From IMG/VR virus record IMGVR_UViG_3300045988_102159, positions 1 to 64,000 of that record: 64,000 nucleotides of DNA; one strand, 5' to 3'. The notes under the pieces were generated by a model that was not told the origin of the DNA, ran no database searches, and saw only the letters and a list, made by a program, of their open reading frames with translations. Shown piece by piece: positions 62,379-64,000 of the stretch (within the stretch, counting starts at the first letter, position 1; the number at the start of each line of letters is the position of its first letter). A program made the translations under genes and the position numbers. This DNA is from a virus.

Positions 62379-64000
62379 CTAGAATCTCTCTATTGACTGA
62401 TTGCATGAGACAGTCATTGCATTGCCCGGTCCAAGAGGAATAGAAAGTGTGTTTAAATTATAGTCACCATATGTATTAGTAGAGGTATCATTTAATTCAA
62501 TTCTAGAATTAGGCTCTAAGTAGAACACTGGTAGTCCAGTAATTGATACCGAGTTTTGATAAGTTGTATGCAGATATAATTCATATTTCACTTGGTCAAA
62601 TGCACCATTTTTATAACCACCAGTAGCAAGATTATAAAAAATTTCACCACGCACCTGAGTATATGGCATACCATTATCTTCACATTCCTGTTGCTTTGTC
62701 CTGCCTTTGTCATCTTCATCAGCATTGATAAATACGATGTTTGGAATTTCAGGCGCGAATAGGCAATTCACAGTATCAGATGATACTGCATCTGTTCTGC
62801 GGCCAATAGCAGAAACAGAGAATTGACCTAAATCGGATGTTGAAGAATCAATAAAATCTAAGAAGTAATTACCATCTGTCAACGAAGACGTAAGTAATTC
62901 CGCATTTTCTTTTTCTCTAATAAACTTTTGGTCTACAAGGTCATAAACTTGCGGCCAAAACGCATCAAGCTCTTCAAAATAATAATCAGTATCTATCCTA
63001 CAATTATGTGCATATTGTAGAACATCTCCTTGCCAACCAGCAATACTATCAATTTTTGCATAATAATTACCAGAATCAATACCATTCTTTTTAGCTAACA
63101 TGCCTTCAAGATAAAGCTCAGTACGCCAGTCTTTAACAAGATAACCTCCATTGACTATTGGAGCTGGTACTGGCTTATCTTCTTCTTTAGTGTCCTCAGA
63201 ACTAGTTTCCGCAATAGTAGATACTGACAACGTATCTACTGCTGGATAATATGCTGAACATTTTAAAGACTTATATGTATCGTCTTTCCAATAGTAAGCA
63301 AACTTATTTGTGGCATCGAAATAAATAGTATTAAATTCACCAATAGAAGGAAAATCATTCTTCGTTGTATACACCGTAGGAAATGCGGCTTTTATTTCTT
63401 GGGTAGACTCTTCTGTATATAATAATAAATTATAATATGTATTATAATAATTATTACCACGTTCATCTGATGTAACAGGCAAAGGTTTGCGGTCAATACA
63501 AAGATGATAACGAACGTCTACTTGCTGTTGACTATTTGTACCTTGGCGTTTGCCTTGAATAATAAAATCATTTTTAATATTATTAAATTGAGGTGTTTTG
63601 CTAATACTGATAATATTGTCTTTGTCACTAAAAGTATATACACTTTTACCTGTAGTCGTTTCTACAAGATAATCGTGTTTCTTCATATCATTTACTAAAG
63701 TAGTTGCTTGCGTGGTATTAAGATAATTCTTAACTTCCCTAAAATGAAATACACCAAATTCATCATAGAAATATTCAAAATTACCAAGATAGCTTTTAAT
63801 CTTATCGAGTACAGATGTTACGCTTTCGCCAAGATTGGCAGACAGTTCAGAATCATATACAAAATCATCATAAACATAACCACAGTCTTGACCACTTAAA
63901 ATCTCAATAGTACCATCTTCTAATGTTTCTGGTTTGTCAATATATGCCGCATACCATATAACTCCAGCGCTACCACTTTGTTTGGGCACGAGATACAACG
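62379..64000 (-). CDS. large tail or baseplate structural protein (5' end outside the window)
   Basis: The frame stays open to the window edge. The M at 63998 in the ORF track is a TTG and probably internal. Confidence 0.5.
   Translation of the reverse strand, partial: LYLVPKQSGSAGVIWYAAYIDKPETLEDGTIEILSGQDCGYVYDDFVYDSELSANLGESVTSVLDKIKSYLGNFEYFYDEFGVFHFREVKNYLNTTQATTLVNDMKKHDYLVETTTGKSVYTFSDKDNIISISKTPQFNNIKNDFIIQGKRQGTNSQQQVDVRYHLCIDRKPLPVTSDERGNNYYNTYYNLLLYTEESTQEIKAAFPTVYTTKNDFPSIGEFNTIYFDATNKFAYYWKDDTYKSLKCSAYYPAVDTLSVSTIAETSSEDTKEEDKPVPAPIVNGGYLVKDWRTELYLEGMLAKKNGIDSGNYYAKIDSIAGWQGDVLQYAHNCRIDTDYYFEELDAFWPQVYDLVDQKFIREKENAELLTSSLTDGNYFLDFIDSSTSDLGQFSVSAIGRRTDAVSSDTVNCLFAPEIPNIVFINADEDDKGRTKQQECEDNGMPYTQVRGEIFYNLATGGYKNGAFDQVKYELYLHTTYQNSVSITGLPVFYLEPNSRIELNDTSTNTYGDYNLNTLSIPLGPGNAMTVSCNQSIERF

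Noticed and set aside
1-64000. Alternative genetic code (TGA or TAA/TAG reassignment), prompted by the two in-frame stops at 27056 and 34669
   Set aside because: All three stop codons terminate well-supported genes. TGA ends the ORFs at 4110, 19949 and 27002. The long late genes have no internal stops. The disruptions are local.
1-64000. tRNA, rRNA or tmRNA genes and integrase or attachment sites
   Set aside because: No cloverleaf-like GC-rich segments and no recombinase motifs were recognised by eye. A tRNAscan or Infernal run would be needed for certainty.

Overview
AT-rich dsDNA phage segment, probably from a large phage of a Firmicutes or Clostridia-type host; no rRNA, tRNA, CRISPR or integrase was seen. 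From 1 to 42.5 kb the plus strand carries an early, replication and nucleotide-metabolism module. It is driven by at least a dozen canonical TTGACA-N17-TATAAT promoters. It encodes an RNA-repair-like cluster (Pnk-like kinase, RNA ligase, TROVE/Ro60-like vWA protein, RlaP-like nucleotidyltransferase), a two-subunit type IIA topoisomerase, DNA ligase, ThyX, SSB, a Sak4-like ATPase, DnaB, primase, RecJ-like exonuclease, Pol III alpha, GMP-kinase-like protein, NrdD/NrdG, dUTPase, FolD and a RuvC-like resolvase. Eight group I introns split six of these genes at catalytic motifs. Five introns carry homing endonuclease ORFs (2 GIY-YIG, 1 LAGLIDADG, 2 HNH) and three are ORF-less mini-introns of 197-285 nt. 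Four free-standing endonuclease-like genes are also present. A bidirectional terminator at about 42.5 kb separates this module from a minus-strand late module with endolysin, holin, several fibre proteins and baseplate proteins. The most unusual element lies at 54.5-57.1 kb: a terminator-bounded array of five diverged paralogous receptor-tip genes. It contains the only long G/C homopolymers I saw in the window (G10, G8 and G9 on the coding strand). Each tract is placed so that single-base slippage changes which downstream tip gene is overlapped by an upstream stop codon. I propose this as a candidate translational phase-variation switch for host range. All functional calls come from motif recognition by eye; no database search was run.
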